IMG/VR virus record: IMGVR_UViG_3300045988_094016 | Span: 1-41,370 of that record | DNA from: a virus | Strand: one strand, 5' to 3' | Length of the DNA stretch: 41,370 bases | Shown: in pieces, positions 8,515 through 17,404 of the stretch | Layout of the letters: every line of letters begins with the position of its first letter | Position numbering within the stretch: the first letter of the stretch is position 1 | Position numbers and translations under genes: made by a program | The notes under the pieces: model-generated | What the model saw: only the letters and a program-made list of their open reading frames with translations | The model's database searches: none | What the model was told of the DNA's origin: nothing

Positions 8515-8760
8515 ATGCCAAACGATATTTATATAGTGCCTTTAGCAGTGCTGCTGTTTAGTTATGTTGCATTATTTGCGCTAGTGATTTATCTTAGCTA
8601 TTATGCTACGACTGAAATTTGGGCACGTTATACAGCATTACGTGCAAAGATAGATAATATTTATTTGTTATCTCTAGCTGTGTTTGTATTTGTTAGTTTA
8701 AGCGTTTATTTTACGCTTTTTATTTTACCATCATATTTATTTGATTGGTTTGTATATTAA
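8515..8760 (+). CDS. Small membrane protein, 81 aa
   Basis: Very hydrophobic with 2-3 TM segments. The RBS is AAGGAG. Confidence 0.45.
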   Translation: MPNDIYIVPLAVLLFSYVALFALVIYLSYYATTEIWARYTALRAKIDNIYLLSLAVFVFVSLSVYFTLFILPSYLFDWFVY

Positions 8761-8770
8761 AGGATATGTT

Positions 8771-9199
8771 ATGAAATTAGCAAAAGTGTTTTTTGAAAAT
8801 AGCTTAAAAAGTTGGAGTAAAGAAGAGGCATTAAAGCAGGGTAAAAAATTATACTGCTTTTTAGTTAATGAAGCGGATAACGCGAGTGAGGGCGATACTT
8901 GGGCAGCTTGGACTAAAAATGGTTTGCAAATAGTTAAAGTAGTTGAGGTTGTAAAATATGACGAACTAGACGAGGAACACGCTAAAGCGACTCAATACTT
9001 AGTGGACCATATAGCTGTCGCTATAGAAAGAGATAGGCAGCACGCCAGACTTAGAAAGGATTTATTAGAGCAAAAACTAAAAGAGCGTGCCGCAAAAGTT
9101 ATAGAGATGGAGAAATACCGAGAGCTAGCTAAAAATGATAAGACCCTAGCTAACGTGGTTAAAGAATACGACGAACTAGAAACTAAACTAGGCAAATAA
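8771..9199 (+). CDS. Hypothetical protein, 142 aa; the N-terminus looks like an ASCH/PUA-type fold (uncertain), the C-terminus is coiled-coil
   Basis: The ATG at 8771 has the RBS AAGGA. The track ORF starts earlier, at 8741. Confidence 0.5.
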   Translation: MKLAKVFFENSLKSWSKEEALKQGKKLYCFLVNEADNASEGDTWAAWTKNGLQIVKVVEVVKYDELDEEHAKATQYLVDHIAVAIERDRQHARLRKDLLEQKLKERAAKVIEMEKYRELAKNDKTLANVVKEYDELETKLGK

Positions 9200-9200
9200 A

Positions 9201-10916
9201 ATGGTAGAAGTTAAATACAGAATACCTAAATCATTATCTGGGTTTAGTTTTAATCCTAGCGAGCTAGTATTTGCCGATATAGAAACCGAGAAGTTATATA
9301 TTGGCACTCGCTTGGTTCAACTATATCAACCTGGGCAGAACGATGACGAGGTTATAATACTAGATACTGATATAATCCAAGAAGCTGATATAAAAGCGTA
9401 TATCAAGCCTATGTGGACGGTATGGTTTAATGCTAGTTATGACTTCGGGACTTTGAATATGACCACCGATAAGTTCGATGATATTTTCTACCTAGCTAGG
9501 TTAGGCTTCCCGTTTTTCAAGGAGTATAACCTAGATAAAGTTATAGAAAATCTCGGCTTTGCTGGGTTATATGACGGCTTGGATAAAAAGAAACTACAGA
9601 AAGCAGGGTTTGTTAAGGGAGCTTATTTATCGGCTGCCCAACTAAAATACTCAGCCACCGACGTTGTGGCCCTTAGTTTATTGTGGCAAAATGAAACTAT
9701 CCAGAAGTGGAGAAACTCCATAGCTTACCAGGTCGATATTTTAAGCCTTAAGTATGCCGTAGTTTATCAGCAGAACGGCATTATGGTAGATTTACCGCTA
9801 AGGGCTAAGTATGAGAAAGAGGTGGACGAGGATATAGTCCGCTTAACTAAGGAGCTGCCTGAAGGGTTTAACGTCAATAGCCCTAAACAAGTTAAGGCAT
9901 ATCTAGGCACTGAAAGCAGCGACTACGACACGCTAGTTAATTATAGCGTAAGCAATAAACCCTTAGCAGAAAAAGCGCACACGATAATTTATATGCGTAA
10001 AGCGTTAAAAGAAAAAGGGTATTTACAATCTATAAATCACCAGTATATGCAGACACGATTTAACGTGGCTGGAGCTATTACTGGGAGATTTACTTCAAGC
10101 GGTGGAGATTTACCTAACGGGTTTAACTCTCAACAAATACCGCGACGGTTACAGCCGCTATTCAAGCCTGAAACAGAGGACACTGTAGTTGTAGGTCTTG
10201 ACTACTCTACCCTTGAGCTAAGAATTGCAGCTAGCGTGTTTGCAGAGCCTGTTATGTATCAAGAGTTACTTAACGGTGAGGACTTACATACAAATATGGC
10301 TGCACTAGCTACAGGTAAGAAAGTGCACCCTGATGGCCCGTTAGGGGATGATTATGATGCACTATTTACGGGTGATAGAACAAAAGGAGAATACGTAACT
10401 AAAAAGGATAGAACACTAGCTAAAGCTCTCAATTTCGGTTATATTTACGGAATGAGCGCAAAGACTTATCAAAACTATAGCTTAACGCGATATGCGCTTA
10501 AAATCTCGCTAGATGAAGCGACAAAGCTGCGGAATTTATATTTCGGTAAGTATAAAGCGATTAAAAAATATCACGATGAAGTTTGGAAAAATGTGGGTAA
10601 AGCAAACTACATTTATACCACTGCGCTAGGTCGTAGGGTTCACCCAAAGATAGGCACAGACGCTATCAACGGGCCAATTCAAGGTTCTGGTAGTGAAACG
10701 ACCAAACTAGCTGTGCATTATCTTTGCAAAGAATACCCAGAAGCGTTGAAGTTGATTTTTAATGTGGTCCACGACGCTATTTATCTAAGAGTGCCTAGAG
10801 CTGATAAAGATTTATGGCACGAGCGCGTAAGTAAAGCTATGGTTAAGGGTTGGGAGGAAATCTGCAAAACTTCGATATTCAAGTTTAAAGATATCCCAAT
10901 GCCTGTAGGTGATTGA
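9201..10916 (+). CDS. Family A DNA polymerase (Pol I-like)
   Basis: Exonuclease-like FADIETE at the N-terminus. Motif A is LDYSTLELRIAA, motif B is KALNFGYIYGMS and motif C is VHDAIY. Confidence 0.85.
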   Translation: MVEVKYRIPKSLSGFSFNPSELVFADIETEKLYIGTRLVQLYQPGQNDDEVIILDTDIIQEADIKAYIKPMWTVWFNASYDFGTLNMTTDKFDDIFYLARLGFPFFKEYNLDKVIENLGFAGLYDGLDKKKLQKAGFVKGAYLSAAQLKYSATDVVALSLLWQNETIQKWRNSIAYQVDILSLKYAVVYQQNGIMVDLPLRAKYEKEVDEDIVRLTKELPEGFNVNSPKQVKAYLGTESSDYDTLVNYSVSNKPLAEKAHTIIYMRKALKEKGYLQSINHQYMQTRFNVAGAITGRFTSSGGDLPNGFNSQQIPRRLQPLFKPETEDTVVVGLDYSTLELRIAASVFAEPVMYQELLNGEDLHTNMAALATGKKVHPDGPLGDDYDALFTGDRTKGEYVTKKDRTLAKALNFGYIYGMSAKTYQNYSLTRYALKISLDEATKLRNLYFGKYKAIKKYHDEVWKNVGKANYIYTTALGRRVHPKIGTDAINGPIQGSGSETTKLAVHYLCKEYPEALKLIFNVVHDAIYLRVPRADKDLWHERVSKAMVKGWEEICKTSIFKFKDIPMPVGD

Positions 10917-10974
10917 TATTAAACGGGTCTTTAAGGCTCGTTTAATTATTAAGAAAATATTAAGTTTAGTTTAA

Positions 10975-11003
10975 TTGAAAATTAAGTTAAATTTAGTTAT
11001 AAT
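10975..11003 (+). promoter_or_regulatory. Sigma70 promoter TTGAAA-N17-TATAAT
   Basis: TTGAAA at 10975-10980, a 17-nt spacer, TATAAT at 10998-11003. It lies downstream of a hairpin at 10922-10945. Confidence 0.6.
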
Positions 11004-11057
11004 ATTCGTATAAATAAAGAGAGATAATAAACACATTATCAAGAAAGGAGATAATTA

Positions 11058-12020
11058 ATGGAATTTGATGACGGTGAGTTGGTCGATATTGACCTAACCC
11101 AGAACGGCGATGTAGCCGCACCGAAAAACGGTAAGATAGCGTTGATTGACGCTGATACCGTAGTTTTTGGGAGCGTAACTAAGCACCAAGAGGTTATAGA
11201 ACTACTACCCAGGGCTATGTATTCAGACGAGGAGTGGGCAACTATTAGCTCGATGAAAACATACGACCCTGAAGCTGGGACCATAGCCATATGCAATATG
11301 GATAATGCGTACCAATCAACTTTAGATAAGCTTCAAGGCATACTTGACGCTACAGGTTGCGTCGATTGGGAACTTCATTTCACTATTGGTCGTGGCAGCT
11401 TTAGATACACCAAGATTGACCCTATGTATAAAGCTAATAGGCTTGAGATGAAAAGCCCTGATGGGTTAAATGAGTTGAAGGTCAGAATGACTGAAGCGTT
11501 CCCGACTAAGGCATTTATCCACTATGATTTCGAGGCTGATGACGCGGTCATAGCCAAGAAAAAAGCACAACCAGATAAATATTTACTCTGCGCTGTGGAT
11601 AAAGATGTCTTATATACACTGCCGGGTAAGCACTTTAACTACTACAGCAGGGCAGAAACAGTAACAAAAGCAGGTAATCACCTCGATGAAATTAAAATGA
11701 AGTTTTTCGATGTAGAGCCTGAGCAGGCTATGAAGCACCACTTTAAGCAGTGCTTAACCGGGGACACTGGCGACAACGTTATCGGTTTAGCTAAAGTAGG
11801 CCCTAAAACAGCAGATAAAATCTTAGCTGGGGCTAGTTCGGCTGCTGAGTGTTGGGAGAGGGTGGTCAATGAATACGAAGCTAGAGGGCGTGATGTGTTT
11901 GACGCGGTTAAAAATATGAGGTTGGTCAGTATGCACCAGATTAGCTATGACCCTGAAAACGATAGCTATAGTTTAAATCTATGGCGTCCAGAAATTAACA
12001 AAGGAGAAAACGATGAGTAA
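11058..12020 (+). CDS. 5'-3' exonuclease / flap endonuclease (T7 gp6 / Pol I N-terminal-like)
   Basis: PIN-like ALIDADTVVF. The H3TH motif is TGDTGDNVIGLAKVGPKTA. The RBS is AAGGAG. Confidence 0.8.
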   Translation: MEFDDGELVDIDLTQNGDVAAPKNGKIALIDADTVVFGSVTKHQEVIELLPRAMYSDEEWATISSMKTYDPEAGTIAICNMDNAYQSTLDKLQGILDATGCVDWELHFTIGRGSFRYTKIDPMYKANRLEMKSPDGLNELKVRMTEAFPTKAFIHYDFEADDAVIAKKKAQPDKYLLCAVDKDVLYTLPGKHFNYYSRAETVTKAGNHLDEIKMKFFDVEPEQAMKHHFKQCLTGDTGDNVIGLAKVGPKTADKILAGASSAAECWERVVNEYEARGRDVFDAVKNMRLVSMHQISYDPENDSYSLNLWRPEINKGENDE

Positions 12021-12444
12021 TGTAAATGAAACTTTAAAACAACGTGGTGCCGTTTATGGAGATTATAAAGGTGGTTCGGAGTTTAGAGCTAATGTTATGA
12101 AACTAATTAAGGATAGGCACCAAGCAGTTAATGGTAAATTGTTGGACGCTTTGCATATGGTCTATATTTACGATATAGTTAATAAGCTATCTAGGTTAGC
12201 TACAACTCCAGACCACATAGATACTTGGCACGATATTGCTGGGTATGCTATGTTAGTAGAGGAAGCCCTTAAAAAGCAAGAAACTAAGAAGGAGTGCAAT
12301 ACCAAAGAAGCTGATGACGAAGCCGCCGTTATAGAGTTTATTAATTTAATGGAGGCTTTAACAGGTAAGGATAGCGAGATAACTAAAATGTCTAAAGAAG
12401 CTTACGATGACTATAAAAAGGCGAAAGAAAATGGGACGCGTTAA
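12013..12444 (+). CDS. Hypothetical protein, 143 aa; first gene of the nucleotide-metabolism block
   Basis: Strong RBS. Overlaps the neighbouring genes by a few bases. No confident domain call. Confidence 0.5.
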   Translation: MSNVNETLKQRGAVYGDYKGGSEFRANVMKLIKDRHQAVNGKLLDALHMVYIYDIVNKLSRLATTPDHIDTWHDIAGYAMLVEEALKKQETKKECNTKEADDEAAVIEFINLMEALTGKDSEITKMSKEAYDDYKKAKENGTR

Positions 12445-13321
12445 AACTAAATTCGGTAAGAAGCCTGCAACGGCTTATGTAAATCAAATAACTAACTTGA
12501 CGGTCGATTTAGTATCGGCCCCAAGCTGGAAGGAGCTTTGTAGTTATTTACCAGAATTTACTACGGCTACTTGGAGGGACGAAGCAGAAGCGGGTAAGAT
12601 AGATAACAGAGAGGAGATAGTTAAAGCTATATTTAGAGGCGAGATGTTACCCACAGCCTTAGAAACTATAAGGGTTACATTTCTTATTGACGGCTTAGAC
12701 TTAATCGACGTCACCCATTTGATAAGGCATAGAACCCTTAGCTTTAGCGCACAATGCACAGCTGACAGGGATATGCGTAAAGATAATTGTATGGTTAAAC
12801 CTAGCATTTTGGTAAATGACGAGTTTTTTGATAGGTATAAGAAAATAGTTGATGACGCCAAGAAATTATACGCTGATATGGTAGATAGTAAAGAGGTATC
12901 TATTTTTGACGCCAGAACTATTTTACCGAGAAGTTTAAGTAATTTCTATTATGTTAGCGGCAGCTTAAAGGATATAATCGCGTTTATAAAAACCCGCAAG
13001 GACGAGGCGATACAGCCTGAAAGCGATAATATCATAGCTATTCTTATGTGGTTGAAATTGGTTAAGCAATATCCAGCATTGCAGGAGTGCATAGATATGG
13101 ATATAGGTGGGCGAGATGAATTCTTTTGTAAAACAGCCTTGAGTGGGCATAATTCCCTAGCTTATTTACCTAAGCCAGAAAACGAAGTTCCGGGATTAAA
13201 GCCAGAGGACTGCATTTACCAAAAACGCAGGGCTGATTTTCCGGGAGGTAATTATTACGAAAACCGTAAAAGAAATATTCTACAAGTGTTAAAAGGGATA
13301 AAAGATGGCAACAATATTTGA
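12431..13321 (+). CDS. thyX: Flavin-dependent thymidylate synthase ThyX-like, with N- and C-terminal extensions
   Basis: The ThyX signature RHRtlSfSaQ is present, but the conserved Ser of RHR-X7-S is Cys here. The ATG at 12431 has an RBS. The track starts at 12407. Confidence 0.75.
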   Translation: MGRVKTKFGKKPATAYVNQITNLTVDLVSAPSWKELCSYLPEFTTATWRDEAEAGKIDNREEIVKAIFRGEMLPTALETIRVTFLIDGLDLIDVTHLIRHRTLSFSAQCTADRDMRKDNCMVKPSILVNDEFFDRYKKIVDDAKKLYADMVDSKEVSIFDARTILPRSLSNFYYVSGSLKDIIAFIKTRKDEAIQPESDNIIAILMWLKLVKQYPALQECIDMDIGGRDEFFCKTALSGHNSLAYLPKPENEVPGLKPEDCIYQKRRADFPGGNYYENRKRNILQVLKGIKDGNNI

Positions 13322-13727
13322 TTTAGGTGTTTATATAGCAGGTGGTTGGTTTTCTCCAGAACAGGAGAAAGCCTTAGATGAACTAGAGGGCTACGTTAAA
13401 GAGCATTTTGAACTATATTTTAGCCCTAGAGAGCATAATAACGCTAAATGTCAAGATTTAGAGGATATATTCCAAAGAAATATCCAAGCCTTAGATGAAG
13501 CGGAGATTATCATAGCCTCAACTATAGGTAAAGATATGGGCACTCTTTGGGAGTGCGGCTACGCTTATGCTAGAGAGCTTCAAGTTATTTATTACGCTCC
13601 TGGTATAGATAAAGTTAATCTAATGTTGGCTAAGAGCGGCAGAGTGGCTAGAAACCTAAAAGAGCTGGAGCAGATTTTGATAGATGTGGCTAATGTAGGC
13701 TATGTAGCAGATAAGGATATAGAATGA
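13305..13727 (+). CDS. Nucleoside 2-deoxyribosyltransferase / DNPH1(Rcl)-like
   Basis: Contains YIAGGWFSPEQ and the catalytic-Glu motif DMGTLWECGYA of this family. Confidence 0.7.
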   Translation: MATIFDLGVYIAGGWFSPEQEKALDELEGYVKEHFELYFSPREHNNAKCQDLEDIFQRNIQALDEAEIIIASTIGKDMGTLWECGYAYARELQVIYYAPGIDKVNLMLAKSGRVARNLKELEQILIDVANVGYVADKDIE

Positions 13728-14266
13728 TTGAGTTGGACGAACTATCACAAGCTGAAATTGAGGGAATATCAATCCCTCGCAAAGTTTATAACCTGAAGTT
13801 TATTCAGCGTTACTCGATAACGCCTAGAATAATTAACGAAACAGTGGCAGAGCATAGTTTCTTTGTGGCTACCTATGTTATGGAGTTGTATAAGTATTAT
13901 AAGTTTGATTTAAATAAAGCTGTGCAAATGGCTATAATCCACGACTTCGCCGAGAGCTATATAGGTGATGTAACCTTGAGCACTAAAACAATGTGCCCAG
14001 ACTTAGTTAAGGCTGTAGCAGATGCGGAATCTGATGTTATGTTTCAGAACTTCCCTAGTTTTATTTACGAGCTTTACAGGGAATACGAACGGCGCGTTAG
14101 TGTGGAGAGTTTGATAGTCAAGTTGGCAGATACGATGCAGGTCAAACAATACGCCAGTAATGAAATATCACTAGGTAATAATTCGCTTACGATGTCTAAT
14201 ATCCTTAGCCGTGCGGTCGATGATATAGATTTATTTGAGCGCAAACTCGCAGTTTATAAACGCTAA
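13724..14266 (+). CDS. HD-domain 5'-deoxynucleotidase (YfbR-like)
   Basis: Motifs VAEHSF...IIHDFAESYIGD match the YfbR-type HD motifs. Confidence 0.7.
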   Translation: MIELDELSQAEIEGISIPRKVYNLKFIQRYSITPRIINETVAEHSFFVATYVMELYKYYKFDLNKAVQMAIIHDFAESYIGDVTLSTKTMCPDLVKAVADAESDVMFQNFPSFIYELYREYERRVSVESLIVKLADTMQVKQYASNEISLGNNSLTMSNILSRAVDDIDLFERKLAVYKR

Positions 14267-14405
14267 AATTAGCGCATTGCGTGAGCGTAGAGCGATTTAA
14301 ATTTTTAGCTTGATTAATTCATCGAGTTAAGATTAAAATCGCTTTAGCGCGCAATGCTATTAAGAAAACTTTAATATTAAATTAAGTTAAAGTTAAGTAA
14401 GATTA

Positions 14406-14414
14406 TGTTATAAT
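14406..14414 (+). promoter_or_regulatory. Promoter, extended -10 TGTTATAAT
   Basis: Upstream of the HTH gene and downstream of an imperfect hairpin of about 90 nt at 14274-14357. Confidence 0.5.
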
Positions 14415-14464
14415 AAACGTAATTAAAGATAAAAATTTAATTAAAAACAATTCAAAGGAGCGCA

Positions 14465-14713
14465 ATGGATAAAGTTATAACTATCCAAAGTTACATCGAA
14501 AACCTTGAGAACCAGGGTATGACAGGTGTAGAAATCTCTAAACATTTGAGGGTATCAGCCTCTATGATTTCTACTTATAAATCAAATAGGTATAATATTA
14601 GCCTTAAACAAGCTAAGTTAATCTATAAACTTTATGGAGTAACTATACACCCGTATAGTGAAGCTAGTTTAAAAGCCGAACTAAATCTTGACAGGGAGAA
14701 CGAAAATGCCTAA
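14465..14713 (+). CDS. Small HTH DNA-binding regulator (XRE-like), 82 aa
   Basis: Helix-turn-helix GVEISKHLRVSASMISTYKS. The RBS is AAGGAG. Confidence 0.6.
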   Translation: MDKVITIQSYIENLENQGMTGVEISKHLRVSASMISTYKSNRYNISLKQAKLIYKLYGVTIHPYSEASLKAELNLDRENENA

Positions 14714-15269
14714 TTTAAACGAATTGCAAATTAAAATAGAACAGTGGTCAGAGGAAAGAGGTATCTTAGCTAATTCTAAAGCAGTTACCCAATGCCTTAA
14801 ACTTATGAGCGAAATGGGAGAACTAGCTGATAACCTAGCTAAGGGTAAAGACTGCCGAGATGATATTGGTGATTGCTTCGTGGTGCTAGTTAATATAGCT
14901 AGATTGGTGGGTTCTAATATAGCCGAGTGCGCAGAGATAGCCTATAACGATATTAAAGACCGAAAAGGGTTTCTGAACGAAGCTGGGACTTTTATTAAAT
15001 CAACTGACGCAAACTATGAGCGGCTATACCAAGAGTTTTTACAGCGCAATGAAGTGCCTAAAATGAAAAAAGAACTTAATGAAATGGAGCAGGCTACACT
15101 AGATGAAATAGTTAATGCTCCAAAAGATTTAAAGGTGGATAATTTCACGGCTTCTTTACCTACTTTATCTAAGAACCCGACAGACGCAGAGATTATATCG
15201 GCTTGGGAAGCTAAGGGGTATAGAGCACATAAGCGCAAAGATGGCTGGTTCTTCAGTAGGATTCATTAA
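14706..15269 (+). CDS. MazG-like nucleoside triphosphate pyrophosphohydrolase with a ~90-aa C-terminal extension
   Basis: The MazG core is EMGELADNLAKGK...DDIGDCFVVLVNIA. The ATG at 14706 has the RBS GGGAGA. The track ORF starts at TTG 14688. Confidence 0.7.
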   Translation: MPNLNELQIKIEQWSEERGILANSKAVTQCLKLMSEMGELADNLAKGKDCRDDIGDCFVVLVNIARLVGSNIAECAEIAYNDIKDRKGFLNEAGTFIKSTDANYERLYQEFLQRNEVPKMKKELNEMEQATLDEIVNAPKDLKVDNFTASLPTLSKNPTDAEIISAWEAKGYRAHKRKDGWFFSRIH

Positions 15270-15291
15270 AATGGTAAAGGAGAATACACGT

Positions 15292-15549
15292 ATGAAATTT
15301 ACAAATAAAACACCTGAAGTAAGGTATTATTTTATTTTAGATGGGACTAAGACTGCGGGAACTATTTACTATGAAAATTTCGGCACTAGAAAATTTCAAT
15401 GGACTCTAATGTTTGGCAGAAAAATAGAGCCTGCTAATATCTTAGATTTATGCCATAAAGCTAGTAGTGAGAATTGGCCAATATCTATGATGGACGCTAA
15501 AGTTAGCACCGAGCTAGAGTATATAGCTGTAATGCCAAAGGAGTTATGA
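15292..15549 (+). CDS. Small hypothetical protein, 85 aa; first gene of the small-gene array
   Basis: The ATG at 15292 has the RBS AAGGAG. The track start is 15241. Confidence 0.45.
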   Translation: MKFTNKTPEVRYYFILDGTKTAGTIYYENFGTRKFQWTLMFGRKIEPANILDLCHKASSENWPISMMDAKVSTELEYIAVMPKEL

Positions 15550-15821
15550 TGGTTACTGTTGATTATGTTGGAGATGTTCAATACGAGCACGGCATTAGTC
15601 AGGCGTTCGATAATACTAAAGTTATATTTAAAGAGTTCAAGAGCGGTATTTATCAAGGTAGTATTATAGCTCTGCTTAATAACGAAGCCCAGAAGAGTAA
15701 GTTAGCGTTTGTTACTTTAAATATTCTATTAAATATTATAGCCCAGCACAATATACAAAGACAAGAGTTAATGCACCATCTATCTCTTTGGTTTGATAAC
15801 GTCAGTTTTGAGGAGGCTTGA
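15546..15821 (+). CDS. Small hypothetical protein, paralog family A copy 1
   Basis: The C-terminus LSLWFDNVSFEEA matches KMWFDEVSYKKA in the ORF at 16056. The start overlaps the upstream stop. Confidence 0.5.
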   Translation: MMVTVDYVGDVQYEHGISQAFDNTKVIFKEFKSGIYQGSIIALLNNEAQKSKLAFVTLNILLNIIAQHNIQRQELMHHLSLWFDNVSFEEA

Positions 15822-15822
15822 A

Positions 15823-16059
15823 ATGGATAACAAACTAAGACATAGATACGTGGTAGAAACTAGACCAGTATCTATTTTTATACACGTATTTGTAGATGAT
15901 AAACCTGAAGGCAGAATAACGGTCCCTTTTACTGATAGGAAAGCTGTTTATTCTTTATGCGAGGTCGCTGATTGTGGTAAGTTGGAGCTTTATGATTTTT
16001 TAGAGTGTTTAAGATTATATGTTGATGTTACATATACACCTTATAAGGATTTAAAATGA
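15823..16059 (+). CDS. Small hypothetical protein, 78 aa
   Basis: The ATG at 15823 has the RBS GAGGAGG. The track start is 15793. Confidence 0.45.
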   Translation: MDNKLRHRYVVETRPVSIFIHVFVDDKPEGRITVPFTDRKAVYSLCEVADCGKLELYDFLECLRLYVDVTYTPYKDLK

Positions 16060-16328
16060 GTTACGCTATTTATACCCAGTTTAATGCTGGCATAGGTAAT
16101 ACTAAATCGCATACTTTGGTTATAATAGACGAATACGATGAAAATGGTAATTATACTGGTAAAATACTAGCTAAAGCCTATGATGATATAGACCACGGTA
16201 AATCTATGTGGTATGTAACACAAGTATTGGCTTCAGCATTAAATGCCTACGATGATTTAATATCTAGGTTAAAAATGTGGTTCGATGAAGTTTCTTATAA
16301 AAAGGCGAATAGCAATGAGCAAAACTAA
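16056..16328 (+). CDS. Small hypothetical protein, paralog family A copy 2
   Basis: Shares G-Y-G, KS..(F/Y)VT and the WFD.VS C-terminal motif with the ORF at 15546. Confidence 0.5.
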   Translation: MSYAIYTQFNAGIGNTKSHTLVIIDEYDENGNYTGKILAKAYDDIDHGKSMWYVTQVLASALNAYDDLISRLKMWFDEVSYKKANSNEQN

Positions 16329-16593
16329 GTATGGCGTGGAGCTAATAAACTCAATGTTTAGCTCCAAAACAACTGCTATAATAAGAGCGTCTGTTGATAG
16401 TATAGAAATCGGAGCGATTATAATCAAGCTAGATTATAACGAGATGAATAATAAAGCGTTATATAATGCGCTTAAATCGCTAGCGTTATGCGCTGAAATA
16501 ACAGATTTAAGCTTAGTAACGTTGAGCGAGATTATAGCTACTCATTTCGGACACGAGAAAATAAAGCTTTGTATCGGGCAGGAAAACAAATGA
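16315..16593 (+). CDS. Small hypothetical protein, paralog family B copy 1
   Basis: LKSLALCAEITDLSLVTLSEIIATHF matches LSALCELAGMYDISLATIALFLGKHF in the ORF at 16841. Confidence 0.5.
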   Translation: MSKTKYGVELINSMFSSKTTAIIRASVDSIEIGAIIIKLDYNEMNNKALYNALKSLALCAEITDLSLVTLSEIIATHFGHEKIKLCIGQENK

Positions 16594-16850
16594 GCACCTA
16601 TAAATACGAAGCAGTTAAGGATACAAAAGAGTGCTGGTATATAACTATCTCCGAACTTAATGGCGGTGTTAATGAACCGTGGGGATATATAAAGCTAGGT
16701 TTAGTTTTATCGGAGGATTGGCTTAATTTGGTATTAGAGTTAATTAATACTAGGTCAAGGCTAAAGCCTAGCCAAGTGCTCGAATACATAAGGAAAATCT
16801 CACCTAATGCCGGTATAAAACGCGGGTATATCGAGGGACTATGGAAATAG
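16590..16850 (+). CDS. Small hypothetical protein, paralog family C copy 1
   Basis: YKYEAV, PWGYIKLG and LKPSQVLEYIRKIS match YQYELV, QWGYIRIG and VKPTEVLEFMRQMT in the ORF at 17114. The start overlaps the upstream stop as ATGA. Confidence 0.5.
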   Translation: MSTYKYEAVKDTKECWYITISELNGGVNEPWGYIKLGLVLSEDWLNLVLELINTRSRLKPSQVLEYIRKISPNAGIKRGYIEGLWK

Positions 16851-17113
16851 TTTATAAATGTAGCTATGATTATAACCGTAATAATAACATTACGCTTATA
16901 AGAATAGGTCGCTTTGTAAAAGATAAATTTAAAGGCGAGATTATAGTTAAAACTAAGGGTGAAATAGAGCAAACTTACGGGCTTAAAATACTGTCCGCAT
17001 TATGCGAATTAGCAGGTATGTATGACATATCACTAGCCACAATAGCTCTATTTCTTGGCAAACATTTCCTAGATTTAGGAGATAAAGTTGATTATATCAT
17101 TAAGGATAAATAA
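16841..17113 (+). CDS. Small hypothetical protein, paralog family B copy 2
   Basis: See the ORF at 16315. The RBS is GAGGGA. Confidence 0.5.
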   Translation: MEIVYKCSYDYNRNNNITLIRIGRFVKDKFKGEIIVKTKGEIEQTYGLKILSALCELAGMYDISLATIALFLGKHFLDLGDKVDYIIKDK

Positions 17114-17404
17114 ATGAAAAATAATTACCAATACGAATTAGTTACAGGTCAAGGGTTATTTCAAAACGATAACTATGTTAATATAACTAAGGATTATCCT
17201 GGTATGGGCGTTAAGCAATGGGGTTATATACGCATTGGAGATTTACCTGTAGAGGACGAAAAATTCGAGGACGCTATGCGCGTTTTATTTTGCGTGTTTA
17301 ATCATTACAGCCTAGTTAAACCTACAGAAGTGCTAGAGTTTATGAGGCAGATGACAAGAGCCATAGAAATAAATAGAGGAGGAATTGACGATGCTAATGA
17401 TTGA
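17114..17404 (+). CDS. Small hypothetical protein, paralog family C copy 2
   Basis: See the ORF at 16590. The RBS is AAGGA. Confidence 0.5.
   Translation: MKNNYQYELVTGQGLFQNDNYVNITKDYPGMGVKQWGYIRIGDLPVEDEKFEDAMRVLFCVFNHYSLVKPTEVLEFMRQMTRAIEINRGGIDDAND

Noticed and set aside
14274-14357. The ~90-nt imperfect hairpin after the HD gene as an ncRNA
   Set aside because: It has only two 8-bp helices separated by a large internal loop. It is more simply explained as a terminator or processing site ahead of the HTH promoter. It is mentioned only in passing in the feature at 14406-14414 and is not listed as a feature or finding of its own.
12013-15269. Z-genome (2-aminoadenine) cluster, because HD-domain and MazG-like genes occur together
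   Set aside because: There is no PurZ (adenylosuccinate-synthetase homologue) anywhere in the genome. The HD protein matches the YfbR dNMP-nucleotidase family rather than the DatZ dATPase family.
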